The notes under the pieces are model-generated. The model was not told the origin of the DNA and did not search any database. It worked only from the letters and a program-made list of their open reading frames with translations. A program made the translations under genes and the position numbers. Positions 38,342-48,294 of a stretch of DNA of 64,000 bases are shown here, piece after piece. Source of the stretch: a virus; IMG/VR virus record IMGVR_UViG_3300036715_002961, positions 1 through 64,000 of that record. The stretch is one strand, 5' to 3'. Numbering within the stretch: position 1 is the first letter of the stretch; each line of letters opens with the position of its first letter.

Positions 38342-38530
38342 TCACCTCAATACGAAGGATTTGGGGGGAGTTGCGATGGGAAGGCGTGGGAGCGTGGGAG
38401 GATGATTTGGCGTCGTGTCGACGCGTTCGCCCGCGACTCTCGGGTCGATTTTGGAGACCGGGGCGGTCGGCATTTTAGGAGCGCCCGCGGGGACGGGCGG
38501 CGAAGTGATTTTGAACGGGGGTTTCGCCAC
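38342..38530 (-). CDS. Small Pro-rich protein (62 aa)
   Basis: GTG start 6 nt after TATCGT; (M)AKPPFKITSPP. Confidence 0.5.
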   Translation of the reverse strand: MAKPPFKITSPPVPAGAPKMPTAPVSKIDPRVAGERVDTTPNHPPTLPRLPIATPPKSFVLR

Positions 38531-38556
38531 GCGGCGACGATACGGGAACCCGGGTT

Positions 38557-39585
38557 CTATCGGCGCCGCCCCGCTCCAATTTCGGATCGGGGGACGGTCG
38601 AGAGCAGGGGTCGCGGGGGAGGCGAGCCCTTGCGACCTTCGCTTCGCCAGCGCGCGAGAACCTCGGCGTCGGTTCGAGGGGTCAGGTACTTGGGTAACGG
38701 CCAAGTAATTTTGTGCAGAACGACGATCTCGCGGTCGTTCGGTCGCGCGGGTGGATTTTCGATTTTCCCTTGCCACGTGTCGAACGACTCGCCGATGCGG
38801 CGGATTTGTCCATGCACTGCGTAGGAGTCGGCCGAGGTTCGATCGTCAAACGTAGCACTGAGGATCCGAAGCAGTTTCCCGCCGCCGACTTGCCGACCGA
38901 CCTCTTCGTGAGTCTCGGCCGCGGCGCGGTTATAGGCACCCATGGTCTCGGTGCGAACAATCCGCTCGGCCCAATAGCGCGGCGACTCTTGCAAAAATGG
39001 CGACTCGGCCGTGATGTCGCGTTCCATGTCGGACCAGCTTTTGCGCTGGATCACTCCCTGCTGGAGACGCGCTTCAAACTGGCCGATGACGCCGGTCCCA
39101 TATCGCTCCAAAATGCCGGCTTTCGCGCGGTGGGTTTCGTCGAGGCCGTTGCGCGCCCCTTCGCCCGACGTTCCGAGGCGCTGTAGGATGGAGGCTCGCG
39201 CGCCCTCGCTTGCTACGTCGAGGGCTTTTGCCTCGTTGAACGCCAGCGGCTGGACGATCCCGGCGAAGCTCGTCTCGGCGACGTTTAGGTAGGTTTGCGT
39301 GTGGTCGACGGCGGCGGCCGCGGCTTGCTCGCCATTTTCGAGGACGACGGCCGCAATGGCTGGTTGGAGATCGCGAAGAACCGCACGCACCTGGACGAGC
39401 GCGGTGTTCATTTGCTCCAGGGTGAAGGTACCAGCGCCGCGACCGCCGCGCGTGTAGCGCGCGATGCGCACTTCGAGTTCGGCCTGCGAATCCCGCAAGA
39501 TCCCCAGCAAACGCTGACGCCCGACTGTCTCAGACAGTCGGGCCGCTTGCATCTGGTTCAATCGCATAACCTCGAAGGGCGTCAA
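38557..39585 (-). CDS. Minor head morphogenesis protein (Mu gpF / SPP1 gp7-like)
   Basis: AERIVRTETMGAYN...DDRT...HGQI...PPARPNDR; follows the portal. Confidence 0.85.
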   Translation of the reverse strand: MTPFEVMRLNQMQAARLSETVGRQRLLGILRDSQAELEVRIARYTRGGRGAGTFTLEQMNTALVQVRAVLRDLQPAIAAVVLENGEQAAAAAVDHTQTYLNVAETSFAGIVQPLAFNEAKALDVASEGARASILQRLGTSGEGARNGLDETHRAKAGILERYGTGVIGQFEARLQQGVIQRKSWSDMERDITAESPFLQESPRYWAERIVRTETMGAYNRAAAETHEEVGRQVGGGKLLRILSATFDDRTSADSYAVHGQIRRIGESFDTWQGKIENPPARPNDREIVVLHKITWPLPKYLTPRTDAEVLARWRSEGRKGSPPPRPLLSTVPRSEIGAGRRR

Positions 39586-41303
39586 ATTTCGTCGTCCTCT
39601 TCGTCGTCCTCTTCATCGCCGGCCGCGGGCGGAGCATGCGCGCCTGGCTTGGGCGTTTCAAACGGGGGGAACATGCCCGCCGCCTCTTCGGCCGCAGCCG
39701 CCTTTTCCTTGGCAGCTTGCGCGTTGATGCGCTCCCATTCTTTGACGGGGTCGAGGCCGAGCTGGCGGGCCATGACCTCGGATGCGCCTTGCTTCGAAAC
39801 GAATGCCTTGCCGCCGGTGCTCGTCTGCAACGTCATGGCCGTCGCGCTTTGGTCCGCGGGGGTCGGCGGGAAGTAGTCGGGCCAAATGAGGTCGAGTTCT
39901 TCAGATTTCCCAGGGTTGCGCTCGACGTATTGAACCTGCTTTTGAACGGTCCCATCGGGAAGCGCGATGTCGGTTTCAACCACGCGCGGGGGCATCATCG
40001 TCGAGAGGCGCGCTTCGACCTGCATACCGTCGCGTTGAACGAGGATAGTTTTTCCGGCGTTCGCCCGGGCGACTTTCAGCATGTTCTGGACGATGTTTTT
40101 GATCGATCGCCCGTATTGCGTGCGAAGAATGTCGCATTGAGCCAGCATCGGCGCATAGATCGCGCGGATGGCGACAGACGACATGCCTTGAGCGGCGAGC
40201 TGCTCGGCGTCTGGGATAACGCAGGCGGTGCATTCGAGAATTTGAGAGCGAATCGTCGCGACCTGCTTCGCGCCCGCTTCGATGGAAGTTCCTGAAAGTT
40301 CCAGGTATTCCGCCGACCCGCTTTCGCCGACAATCAACGCGTTGTCTGAGCCTTTCTTGATGCCTCCACGGGAGACTTCTTCGGGGTCCATGCCGAGGAC
40401 AAGAGTAGGATCCGAGTTCTTCGTCGCGCCGTAGGTCGTGGTCGAGTTCAGCGCGTCGAGCGAGTCAAACTGCGACCACATGTTCTCGTAGTCCGATTGA
40501 CCGTCGACGCCTTTCGCGGGAATGTTCTGGATCCATTCCATGTGCGTAATGCCGTCTTTGTGCTCGACGGTTCGCTCGACGTCGACAACCCATTCGGGCA
40601 TTTTGCCCGCTTCGGCCGGAACGGTCTTGAAGATAATGTCGGCGTCGGGAGTCCAGTCGCGGCGGTACCAGTAGGGGATCTCGGCAAACTCGCGTCCGTT
40701 CCAGCCAGTCTTGTGAATGACGTAGACCTCGGAAACGTGCCGCAACATCAGCTTGTTTCGATCACGCCACGAATGGACGAACAGGTTCTTCGCTTGATGG
40801 GTTTCAAAGCGAGGAACTCCGTTGTCGTAGCACCAGGAAATCGCCGCGGTGCCGGAGTTTCCACCGTACATGCGACATTGAATCATCGCGTGAGCCAGCT
40901 CACCGAACTTGGCGATGGCGCTGGCGAAATCCGTTGCTTCCGCATCGCCCGGGGCCAATAACGACGGGAACCGGCCGTCGGAAAAGAGCAAGGCCGTGAA
41001 TGCGTCGACGATCTTTTTGGGCAGGCGGTAGGGAGCTGAGGGTCGGCGGTCGAGGATCGGGACCGTAAACGGCGCGGGGGCCGACGCGGACAACGGCGAA
41101 GAACGGTCGGTGACGGCGCACCCTTCGATGTTGTAGGCCTTGTGGTCGTGTTGCTTACCCTCGTAGAAACTCTCTTTGAAGGCAAGGTTCGTGTAGCGCT
41201 GACCAGAGAGGATCACGCTCGGGTTGAACGACGATTCGCTGTTTGAACCGGTCGTCGAGAAGTTGATCGGGTTTTGGGGGGAGTCGACCGGAAAATTGCT
41301 CAT
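39582..41303 (-). CDS. Portal protein (SPP1 gp6-like)
   Basis: FYEGKQ, LPKKIVDAFTALLF, GQSDYE, SSVAIRAIYAP; acidic tail. Confidence 0.85.
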   Translation of the reverse strand: MSNFPVDSPQNPINFSTTGSNSESSFNPSVILSGQRYTNLAFKESFYEGKQHDHKAYNIEGCAVTDRSSPLSASAPAPFTVPILDRRPSAPYRLPKKIVDAFTALLFSDGRFPSLLAPGDAEATDFASAIAKFGELAHAMIQCRMYGGNSGTAAISWCYDNGVPRFETHQAKNLFVHSWRDRNKLMLRHVSEVYVIHKTGWNGREFAEIPYWYRRDWTPDADIIFKTVPAEAGKMPEWVVDVERTVEHKDGITHMEWIQNIPAKGVDGQSDYENMWSQFDSLDALNSTTTYGATKNSDPTLVLGMDPEEVSRGGIKKGSDNALIVGESGSAEYLELSGTSIEAGAKQVATIRSQILECTACVIPDAEQLAAQGMSSVAIRAIYAPMLAQCDILRTQYGRSIKNIVQNMLKVARANAGKTILVQRDGMQVEARLSTMMPPRVVETDIALPDGTVQKQVQYVERNPGKSEELDLIWPDYFPPTPADQSATAMTLQTSTGGKAFVSKQGASEVMARQLGLDPVKEWERINAQAAKEKAAAAEEAAGMFPPFETPKPGAHAPPAAGDEEDDEEDDEI

Positions 41304-41563
41304 CGGATACCTCGCGCCGCGAGACTACCGTCGAGAGGACCGTCGTGGGAGGGGGGCGGCCCATTATCAGCCGAGGGCCGCTTGACGAGCATCGCCGCCG
41401 CTTCGGGCGTGACGACTTGCGACGACGAGCACCAGGCCGGATCGTCGTCTTCGTCCTCAGGGGAACCTGGGTTCCCCTCATGGGCCTCAAATTGAGAAAC
41501 GCGCTCGACGACCGCCTTAGCGATCATGAGCGCGAATCGGCGAATCGTAAGTCGGATTTGCAT
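41300..41563 (-). CDS. Hypothetical protein (87 aa)
   Basis: ATGA overlap with the portal gene. Confidence 0.5.
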   Translation of the reverse strand: MQIRLTIRRFALMIAKAVVERVSQFEAHEGNPGSPEDEDDDPAWCSSSQVVTPEAAAMLVKRPSADNGPPPSHDGPLDGSLAARGIR

Positions 41564-41575
41564 CCGACTTACGTA

Positions 41576-42811
41576 TCAGAGAGCGTGCGAGAACTGAACC
41601 GACCAGCGGCCGGCCGCGTCGCGAACGCAGCCTCGGCGGATGGTTCCAGCGCCGTCACCGAACAGCGTGTAGCTCACCACGTCGGGAGCGGTCGCGCCCG
41701 AATAGGCGATCTGCACGTTGTTGATGCCCCACGTTACGCCGGTGATCGGGATCTCGGCCGCGCCCGCGCGAAGCTCGAACCCTTCGCCGAGGCGCCAGCC
41801 GGCGTGCTCGACGGTATGCGTTGAGCCATACAGCGACGCATCGCGGACGATGGGGCGGTTGTAGGCGACCTCGACGAAACCGGCTCCGAGAGCCGTTGCA
41901 GTGGGGTAGAGCGGGACGAAGTCGGCACGCCGGCGGATGTAGTCGCCGACCGCCTCGCCGTACATGAAGCCGAGATCGCGGGTTCCGGCGGCGTCCAAAT
42001 GGAAATCGCCGACCCAATAGGACAGGTGGGTTTTGGCGCCCACGAGGACGAATTTGTCGGGATGCGCGAGGTAGGTCGCGAGCATCACGTCGGGAATGTT
42101 TGACGCCTCGCCCGCGGGGATCGGCCACCCGGCGGACGGTTGCGTGAGGAACAGTTTGACGTCGCGCGTCTGGCCCGTGAGCGCCTTCAAGTCGGCGTTG
42201 TAGTCGGCCCACATTTGGAGCAGGTCTGCGCCGTAAGTCGCCGAGCCGTAGTCGGTCTCGCCGTGCGTCAGAACGACGGCGGAGATCTCGAACGCCTCGC
42301 CGGCGGTCGCGTACAGGTCTCGGAATTTCGTCATTTCTTGGATGGAACCCGTGTAGGACGGGACTGAACCCCCCTTCTTGATTCCGTCCATGCCTTGACC
42401 ATTTTGCCCGACGACCGCGTGGGCGGTTTTGGCGCGGACGCGCGAGTAGATCCGGTCGGCCATCGGGGTTGTGGGGCTCTGCCAGCCGACGTTGCTCGGC
42501 CATTCGGACGTGGATCCACCGCGCATCGGTTCGGATAGCGGCGCCAGCGACCAGCCAGACGACGGGCCGGTGAGGCCGACAAGCATTTCGCCGCGCGCCG
42601 ACGGGCCGGCGTAGACCGGGGGGTAGACAATATCGCCCGCGCGCCCGCCTACCGACAGAGACTGCCCGGTGCTGACGACGCCGAACGTTTTGCTGGGACC
42701 GGAGACGGGGCGGGGACGATGGAAGATCACGGGGTCGCTTTCGGGAGACGGTTCGAGCACGCACGCGCACGCGAGGACTGAGAAAATAGCGAGGAATTTT
42801 GCAGGGTTCAT
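41576..42811 (-). CDS. SGNH / sialate O-acetylesterase-like protein with a lipoprotein-like signal
   Basis: GQS (STGQSL), HGETD, DFHL; N-terminus MNPAKFLAIFSVLAC. Confidence 0.7.
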   Translation of the reverse strand: MNPAKFLAIFSVLACACVLEPSPESDPVIFHRPRPVSGPSKTFGVVSTGQSLSVGGRAGDIVYPPVYAGPSARGEMLVGLTGPSSGWSLAPLSEPMRGGSTSEWPSNVGWQSPTTPMADRIYSRVRAKTAHAVVGQNGQGMDGIKKGGSVPSYTGSIQEMTKFRDLYATAGEAFEISAVVLTHGETDYGSATYGADLLQMWADYNADLKALTGQTRDVKLFLTQPSAGWPIPAGEASNIPDVMLATYLAHPDKFVLVGAKTHLSYWVGDFHLDAAGTRDLGFMYGEAVGDYIRRRADFVPLYPTATALGAGFVEVAYNRPIVRDASLYGSTHTVEHAGWRLGEGFELRAGAAEIPITGVTWGINNVQIAYSGATAPDVVSYTLFGDGAGTIRRGCVRDAAGRWSVQFSHAL

Positions 42812-44382
42812 GGGATGTTGTAGGTCGAGCGGAGCGCCGACACGGCGCTCGTCACCTCCCCATCAGATAACCCACGATCCATGATCGACAAACGCTTCAG
42901 GTACGCGGGGGCGCGCGCGGTCGACGATTCGTTGTTTGCGTAGTTGGTCCGGTCGGCGATCGAACCGACGCCAGCGAGCGTGGACCACGCTCCGTCGTTG
43001 ATTTTCATCTGAAGATTTCCACCGGCAAATCGCCAGGTTAAGACGTGGTAGCCAGCGGGGACGGGGGTAGTTACGTGCTTGAACCCGCCGTCGAACAGGC
43101 CGCCCATGTAGATAGGGGTCCCGGCGTTGTCGTAGACGCCGAGGCCCCAGTAGGCACCGCCGCCGCCCGTGCCGATCAGCCGCGGAACATCGTGGAACTC
43201 GGTGCCGCCGACGATAACGGACGGAATGTTGAGGACCGCCATGAGCGTGAACGCGTCGGGAGCAAGGAAATCGTCGACGATGCTAGCGGGGACCGTCCAC
43301 AGTTGGTCGGCCGAGTTGCTGTAGGGGTCGTGCGTCGGGTCGGCGACGTCGACGGGACCCTTCGACGCAGCGCCCGCAACGGCGACAAAATCGATGGTCG
43401 TCCCGCTGCCGACGTAATGGGGAACGCGAGTCGCGTTGGTCCCGTCTCCGTCGAGGTCGAACTGCCAGCCAAGTGTGTCGTAGGAAAACGGCGGAACAAC
43501 CTCGGCGCTCGTCGGGAGACGCGTCAGAACGATGCTCGCGCACCATTCAACGATGTCGCCGGCCGATCCAGCGACGACGACCTTGGGCCGGTTCGTGCCC
43601 GCGTCCCAATCAAGGTAGGCCGTCCACAAGGCAGCTTTCGCGCCGTCGGAGACCATGCGGTCGAGGCTCGGTGACGCAAGGGGGTAGGTCACTACGCCCG
43701 CGCGGACAACAAAAGACGCGGAAATGTCGAATGTCGCAAAGTCTCCGCCGCCCTTGTATTTCGCGAGGACCTCGGCCGAAGCCTTGATGACGCCGTTCGT
43801 CGGAACGACGTTGCCCAGGCCCCAAGGGAACGTGATGGAGATCTCGGTGGCATCGTTGGTCGAAACGACGGCGGCGCTGGCGTCCTGCGCGAGCAATCCA
43901 GCGCCCGGCGGCGACCAGAGTTGCGAGGCCGTCGTGACCACGCCGCCGCCACTACCCGCGCCGGAATCGACGGCTTTGAGATACTCTTCGAGGTAGGGCG
44001 ACCAGCCGCGAGTTTGCCCACCGACGTTGAGGCTCGACGGATCGCCGAGGAAAGGGGGGATGATGCGCCCACTGGCTTCGGGGATCAAAACAGCCTTGCG
44101 CGTCGTCGAGCGGAACCCGTCGCGGTCGATGACTTCCAGCTCGATGAGGTAGCCGCCGGCGACGTCGGGCGTAAACGCGGTCTCGGGGACGTCGACTGCG
44201 AGGACACCAGCGACGAGGGCCGAGGCGGTCGGAGCGCTGAGCAAGGTCCAACGCAAGCGGGCGATCGAACCCGACGAGACGCTACGAGCTACGACCGGAA
44301 CAGCGACAGCTACCTCGGCGGCTGCGTCGGCGGGAAACGTGGTCGTCGATTGGGAAAATTGAAGTTTCGCGAGGACGCTCAT
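42808..44382 (-). CDS. Virion-associated protein with PKD-like N-terminal and LamG-like C-terminal domains
   Basis: WTLLSAPTAS...FTPDVAGGYLIELEVID; FTLMAV...YHVLTW...MKIND...RGLSDGEV. Confidence 0.6.
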   Translation of the reverse strand: MSVLAKLQFSQSTTTFPADAAAEVAVAVPVVARSVSSGSIARLRWTLLSAPTASALVAGVLAVDVPETAFTPDVAGGYLIELEVIDRDGFRSTTRKAVLIPEASGRIIPPFLGDPSSLNVGGQTRGWSPYLEEYLKAVDSGAGSGGGVVTTASQLWSPPGAGLLAQDASAAVVSTNDATEISITFPWGLGNVVPTNGVIKASAEVLAKYKGGGDFATFDISASFVVRAGVVTYPLASPSLDRMVSDGAKAALWTAYLDWDAGTNRPKVVVAGSAGDIVEWCASIVLTRLPTSAEVVPPFSYDTLGWQFDLDGDGTNATRVPHYVGSGTTIDFVAVAGAASKGPVDVADPTHDPYSNSADQLWTVPASIVDDFLAPDAFTLMAVLNIPSVIVGGTEFHDVPRLIGTGGGGAYWGLGVYDNAGTPIYMGGLFDGGFKHVTTPVPAGYHVLTWRFAGGNLQMKINDGAWSTLAGVGSIADRTNYANNESSTARAPAYLKRLSIMDRGLSDGEVTSAVSALRSTYNIP

Positions 44383-44478
44383 GGGCCAGAAATAGCAAAC
44401 GCCGAGCGGCGCTGTAGGCCGACTCGGCGAATGTCGTCGAAGAGGGGAACCCGGGTTCCCCTCGCGCGCGGGGGCGCG

Positions 44479-45027
44479 TCAGGTGTCGAGGGTAGCGGCC
44501 GCCCAAATCAACCGAGATCCCGCGGTCATGCCGTAGAGGCGTAGCTCGAAATAGCCCTCGGCGGCGACGTGAAGATCAGCCGATCCGATGAGACGGCGGA
44601 GACGGTCGCGTTTGACGTCACCGGGGCGCTCGGCTTCCTCGAATGGGGGGAGCGATTCGAATGTAGGTTGCGGGGGTTGGACGCGAATGTTCGCCGGGAC
44701 GCCGCCGAGGCCCGTCGCGACGAGCGGTTTGAGCCACGCACTGAAATTCCGCTCGTCGAGAACCTCGACCTCGGCGGCGAAGTGCAGGCGGCGATGCATC
44801 GGCGTCGCGTAGAGCGTCAACGATCCGAGGTTTCCAGCCTGGGGCGACGAGGCTCCAAAAAAGTTGCGGCTCTGATGGCAAGCGACGCCTGATCCGAAAA
44901 GGCGCGAGCCGTCGACGGGAAGGCAAATCGCGCCTTGACGCAGCTCGATGATCGACTTGAGTTCTTGGCTCTCGATGAGCGAGCCGTCACGGGTACGAGT
45001 CGCTCGAAATGCTAGAAATTGATTCAT
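44479..45027 (-). CDS. Hypothetical protein
   Basis: ATGA overlap with the upstream gene; GAGG SD. Confidence 0.55.
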   Translation of the reverse strand: MNQFLAFRATRTRDGSLIESQELKSIIELRQGAICLPVDGSRLFGSGVACHQSRNFFGASSPQAGNLGSLTLYATPMHRRLHFAAEVEVLDERNFSAWLKPLVATGLGGVPANIRVQPPQPTFESLPPFEEAERPGDVKRDRLRRLIGSADLHVAAEGYFELRLYGMTAGSRLIWAAATLDT

Positions 45028-45605
45028 TCTTGGGTCCCCTCTTCTGCGGTCGTGTCGTCGAGTTTCCAGGCGGAGAACGCGTTGTTGGCCCGCCACGCGC
45101 GGACGCTAGCGCGCTTCTCGTCGCGCTGACAATGCCCGCTCGTGTAACCGCTCAGGTCGTTGCAACGGCGGTAAGAGGTGCGGACCATATGAAGCGCGAT
45201 CCGCGCGCACAAACGCGGATCGGACGAGATCGCCGCGCCGTCGTAGCCGCGGGGGTCGGAGGTTGGGACGTAGGAGAACTCCCGCTCTTGGAGCAGAATT
45301 TTGACGCCCTTCGGCACGCGGATCTGGAGCGCGCAAACGGACTCGCCGTGGTCGCCCTTGACGCGACCGTCGAGGACGTCAGCGCGAAAGCTGGACTCGT
45401 AGGAGGCGATAGAGGCGAGAAGAGCGGCGGTGCGGACGCGACCAGCCGGGCCGGCGAAGATCGCAGGCTCGGCGGGGTCGAACGCGACTTCGACCATGTG
45501 CGCGAGGGCCGCTTCGTAGCGGCCGCGCTCGGCGTCCCGCTGTTTGGCGGGAAGGGTCCATGCGAGAGCGGCGGTCGTGAGGAGGGCGAGAAGTTTGGTT
45601 TGCAT
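45024..45605 (-). CDS. Secreted lysozyme / SLT-fold-like protein
   Basis: Signal-like N-terminus; IASYESSF (candidate catalytic Glu) and GDHGESVCALQI (GLMQI-like). Confidence 0.55.
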   Translation of the reverse strand: MQTKLLALLTTAALAWTLPAKQRDAERGRYEAALAHMVEVAFDPAEPAIFAGPAGRVRTAALLASIASYESSFRADVLDGRVKGDHGESVCALQIRVPKGVKILLQEREFSYVPTSDPRGYDGAAISSDPRLCARIALHMVRTSYRRCNDLSGYTSGHCQRDEKRASVRAWRANNAFSAWKLDDTTAEEGTQE

Positions 45606-45693
45606 AACGGCGTCGCTCTTAGCGATCAATCGCCATCGGGCAAAGGAAAACCGAAGTTCACTCCGAAATCGAAAGCAAATTCCGGCAACTCGC

Positions 45694-46407
45694 TCAGTCA
45701 ACGAACCCGCAAAATCGACGAAGCGCCGCCTCGTCGCCGTTGAAAACGTTGAGGTCGCACCAGCCCTCGACACCGGGGCATTTGGGAACGTTCCCCCATT
45801 TGACCGTGACGGGGTCGCCGGCGAACTGGAAAAATGCCCAATCCTCTTCGCTCCACGGTTCGACGACAGGGGGCTTGTCTACGTCGCGATTCACCGGGCG
45901 CCCGGGGTACTGCGGGATCCACAGACGGAACCCGGTCAGTTCGCTAGCGCGGCGGACGAAGGCGGGCTTGAATCGAGCGACGAACGCCTTGCCCGTGTAG
46001 AGCAGGCCGGTGCGACCGGTTTCGATTTTCACCTGGTCGAGAAAGTTGGTCGCGAAGTCGACGACCTCGTCGGGCGTAGCCGAATGACCTTCGAGATCTT
46101 CGAGGTCGAGGCAGGGGGGAAGTTCGTTGGCCGCGTACGGCGCCCGGTAGACCTCACAGAGGCGTTTGGCTTCCTCGCGCGCGTCAAACGCCACCGTCTC
46201 GCCGGGGGCGCGTTCGAGCTGCGCGTAGTGGTAGGAGCCGCCGAGACGACCCGTGCGCGAGACCGCGGCGAGCTGCTCGAATCGAAGGCGGTTCGCCGAG
46301 CTGCGGCCGTCGGTGGATTTGACGTAAACGAAACGGACCGACGCGGGAACCTGGTCCCAGTCGATCCGTTTTTGCCATCCTGAAATGTCGATTCCAAATG
46401 CTCGCAT
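45694..46407 (-). CDS. GH25 muramidase (endolysin)
   Basis: GIDISGWQ, FVYVKSTDG, GSYHY, LDLE, LWIPQY, DLNVFNG. Confidence 0.92.
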   Translation of the reverse strand: MRAFGIDISGWQKRIDWDQVPASVRFVYVKSTDGRSSANRLRFEQLAAVSRTGRLGGSYHYAQLERAPGETVAFDAREEAKRLCEVYRAPYAANELPPCLDLEDLEGHSATPDEVVDFATNFLDQVKIETGRTGLLYTGKAFVARFKPAFVRRASELTGFRLWIPQYPGRPVNRDVDKPPVVEPWSEEDWAFFQFAGDPVTVKWGNVPKCPGVEGWCDLNVFNGDEAALRRFCGFVD

Positions 46408-46424
46408 GAGGTGAGCTTAGCGCA

Positions 46425-46853
46425 CTAGACGGCCGCCAAATCGAGCGCGATGCAGAACGTATGCGTTGCGGACACGAGGCCAGCCGTGGTGGCGGCGATG
46501 AGCGCCACTTCGACGCCACCGCCGCCGATGTTCTGGAGGCGGGTCGGGTCGATTGCACCCTCGGCGGGGACGATGAGCGGGAGCGAGATCCGCTGGTTCT
46601 GCAACGCGTTCACCGCGGCGCCCGTCCAGAACCAGCGGTTTGAGTAGTGGTCGAACATCGCGAGGCGAAGCGGAACTACCGTCGCCCCTTCGTCGGCCGA
46701 GGGGAGCCAAACGGCGCTGACACGCTGAAGGGGGGATCCAACATTGTTTGAGCCGCGATGCGAAACACAGTTGTCCTTGCTCGGGGTTTGATTGGCGAGA
46801 GTATCGGTACCAATGGACGCGAGCGCCCGGTCGAAGTTCTTGTGAAATTTCAT
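46425..46853 (-). CDS. Hypothetical protein
   Basis: Contiguous with the fibre-like genes. Confidence 0.5.
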   Translation of the reverse strand: MKFHKNFDRALASIGTDTLANQTPSKDNCVSHRGSNNVGSPLQRVSAVWLPSADEGATVVPLRLAMFDHYSNRWFWTGAAVNALQNQRISLPLIVPAEGAIDPTRLQNIGGGGVEVALIAATTAGLVSATHTFCIALDLAAV

Positions 46854-46856
46854 GAT

Positions 46857-48293
46857 TCATTCCCAGAAAGAGTTAACCGTCGCGGTACCGCGAATGACCT
46901 GCCCGGCGTTGACCGCACCCGACACGATGCGGAAAAAAATGTGAAGATAGGTACCAGGCTCGACGATGAGGGGGGCGTCGAAGTTGCGGTCGATGTTCTC
47001 CATTTTTTGACCGATCGGAGCAGCGGCCGCGAGCGTTTGGAAGCCGAGCGCTTCGCGACGGGGAGCGCGACCGGCGGCCGCTTCGGCCGTCGCGAGCGAG
47101 ACGCCAGTCGAGCCGACCGCGATACCCCATTGAAGGATCACCGGGGTCGCGGAGTTCGCGAGGCCCGTGTTGACGGTGTCGATCCACATCCCGCGAATAA
47201 TCAGCTTTTTGCCGGGAACCGTCGCAGAAGGCGTGGGAACCTGAAATGCAAAAAGAGCGAAGTCGATGTCGAGAGTCGCCAGAAGTGCGAATGCGAACTG
47301 CCCGCCCTTGGTCGTGTAGCCGGCCGTCGCATTCGCCAGCGTCGCCGCAACGGGGGCCGTCGAGTTGACGTAGTTAGCCGTTTGCCCCTGTGTATGTCCC
47401 GATGCCCCCTGGATACCAGAAAGGCCCATACCGACCTGCTGCGTAGCCCATAGACGGCCAGTTTGGAGATCACCAATGGAGACCGTGTAGCTACCGAGAC
47501 GGAAGCTACAGCCGCTGGACGCAGCGGCGACGATCGCATGTCGAACCGCAAATGGAAGGCTGGCGGATTGGACCGTCGCGGGGAGGTTCGGCGAGCGCGC
47601 GATACGGAGAACTTCCAGATTGTCGATCCAGAACTTGATCTGACCACGCGCGAGGGTGATGGTGAACCGGTACGTTTGCCCCGGGGTCATTGTGAATCCG
47701 GGCACTGGTGCCACGGTTTCGACGGAGTTGTAGTTGACGACACCAAAGACACCGGCCGACGAAATGCGGAAAAAAACACCGTCAGTCGGGGCAAACGGAG
47801 TAGCGCCACCGTCGGAGAAAAGCCCTGCGTCGATGGTCGTGTTCGTTCCGACAACCGCCGAAATGCTTCCCTGGAACTCGACATAGAGGCTCGACGCACC
47901 CATGATGGGAAACGTGCTGTAGGTTTGGAAGCGGACACCCGAGTTAGCCGTGGTTGCCACGGCGCCGTTAAAGATCAGATATTGACCGCCGTAGACGAGC
48001 GTCAGTGTGGTCGCAACAACTCGGTGTTTCGAAGTATTTTGGGCGGTGTAGGCGAAAACCTCTTCGTCCCAAATGGAATCGATGCCCACGCGAAGACGGT
48101 AGTCGTCGCTGGTTTCGGGGGAGACGAGATCGGGGGTTCCGATAATTGAACCGTCGTCATTTTCGCTGACGATTCGGACTGCGCCGACCTGGGTAGGGGT
48201 CGAGATATTCGCGAGATTCACCTTGGCACGAGCGTCGGTATCGACGCCCATCGTGATCCCAGTGGTTCCGTCTGCAATCGGCATTCCTGACAT
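46857..48293 (-). CDS. Fibre / lectin-like beta-sandwich structural protein
   Basis: Thr/Ala/Gly-rich; ConA-like YRFTI...IKFWIDN. Confidence 0.55.
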   Translation of the reverse strand: MSGMPIADGTTGITMGVDTDARAKVNLANISTPTQVGAVRIVSENDDGSIIGTPDLVSPETSDDYRLRVGIDSIWDEEVFAYTAQNTSKHRVVATTLTLVYGGQYLIFNGAVATTANSGVRFQTYSTFPIMGASSLYVEFQGSISAVVGTNTTIDAGLFSDGGATPFAPTDGVFFRISSAGVFGVVNYNSVETVAPVPGFTMTPGQTYRFTITLARGQIKFWIDNLEVLRIARSPNLPATVQSASLPFAVRHAIVAAASSGCSFRLGSYTVSIGDLQTGRLWATQQVGMGLSGIQGASGHTQGQTANYVNSTAPVAATLANATAGYTTKGGQFAFALLATLDIDFALFAFQVPTPSATVPGKKLIIRGMWIDTVNTGLANSATPVILQWGIAVGSTGVSLATAEAAAGRAPRREALGFQTLAAAAPIGQKMENIDRNFDAPLIVEPGTYLHIFFRIVSGAVNAGQVIRGTATVNSFWE

Positions 48294-48294
48294 T

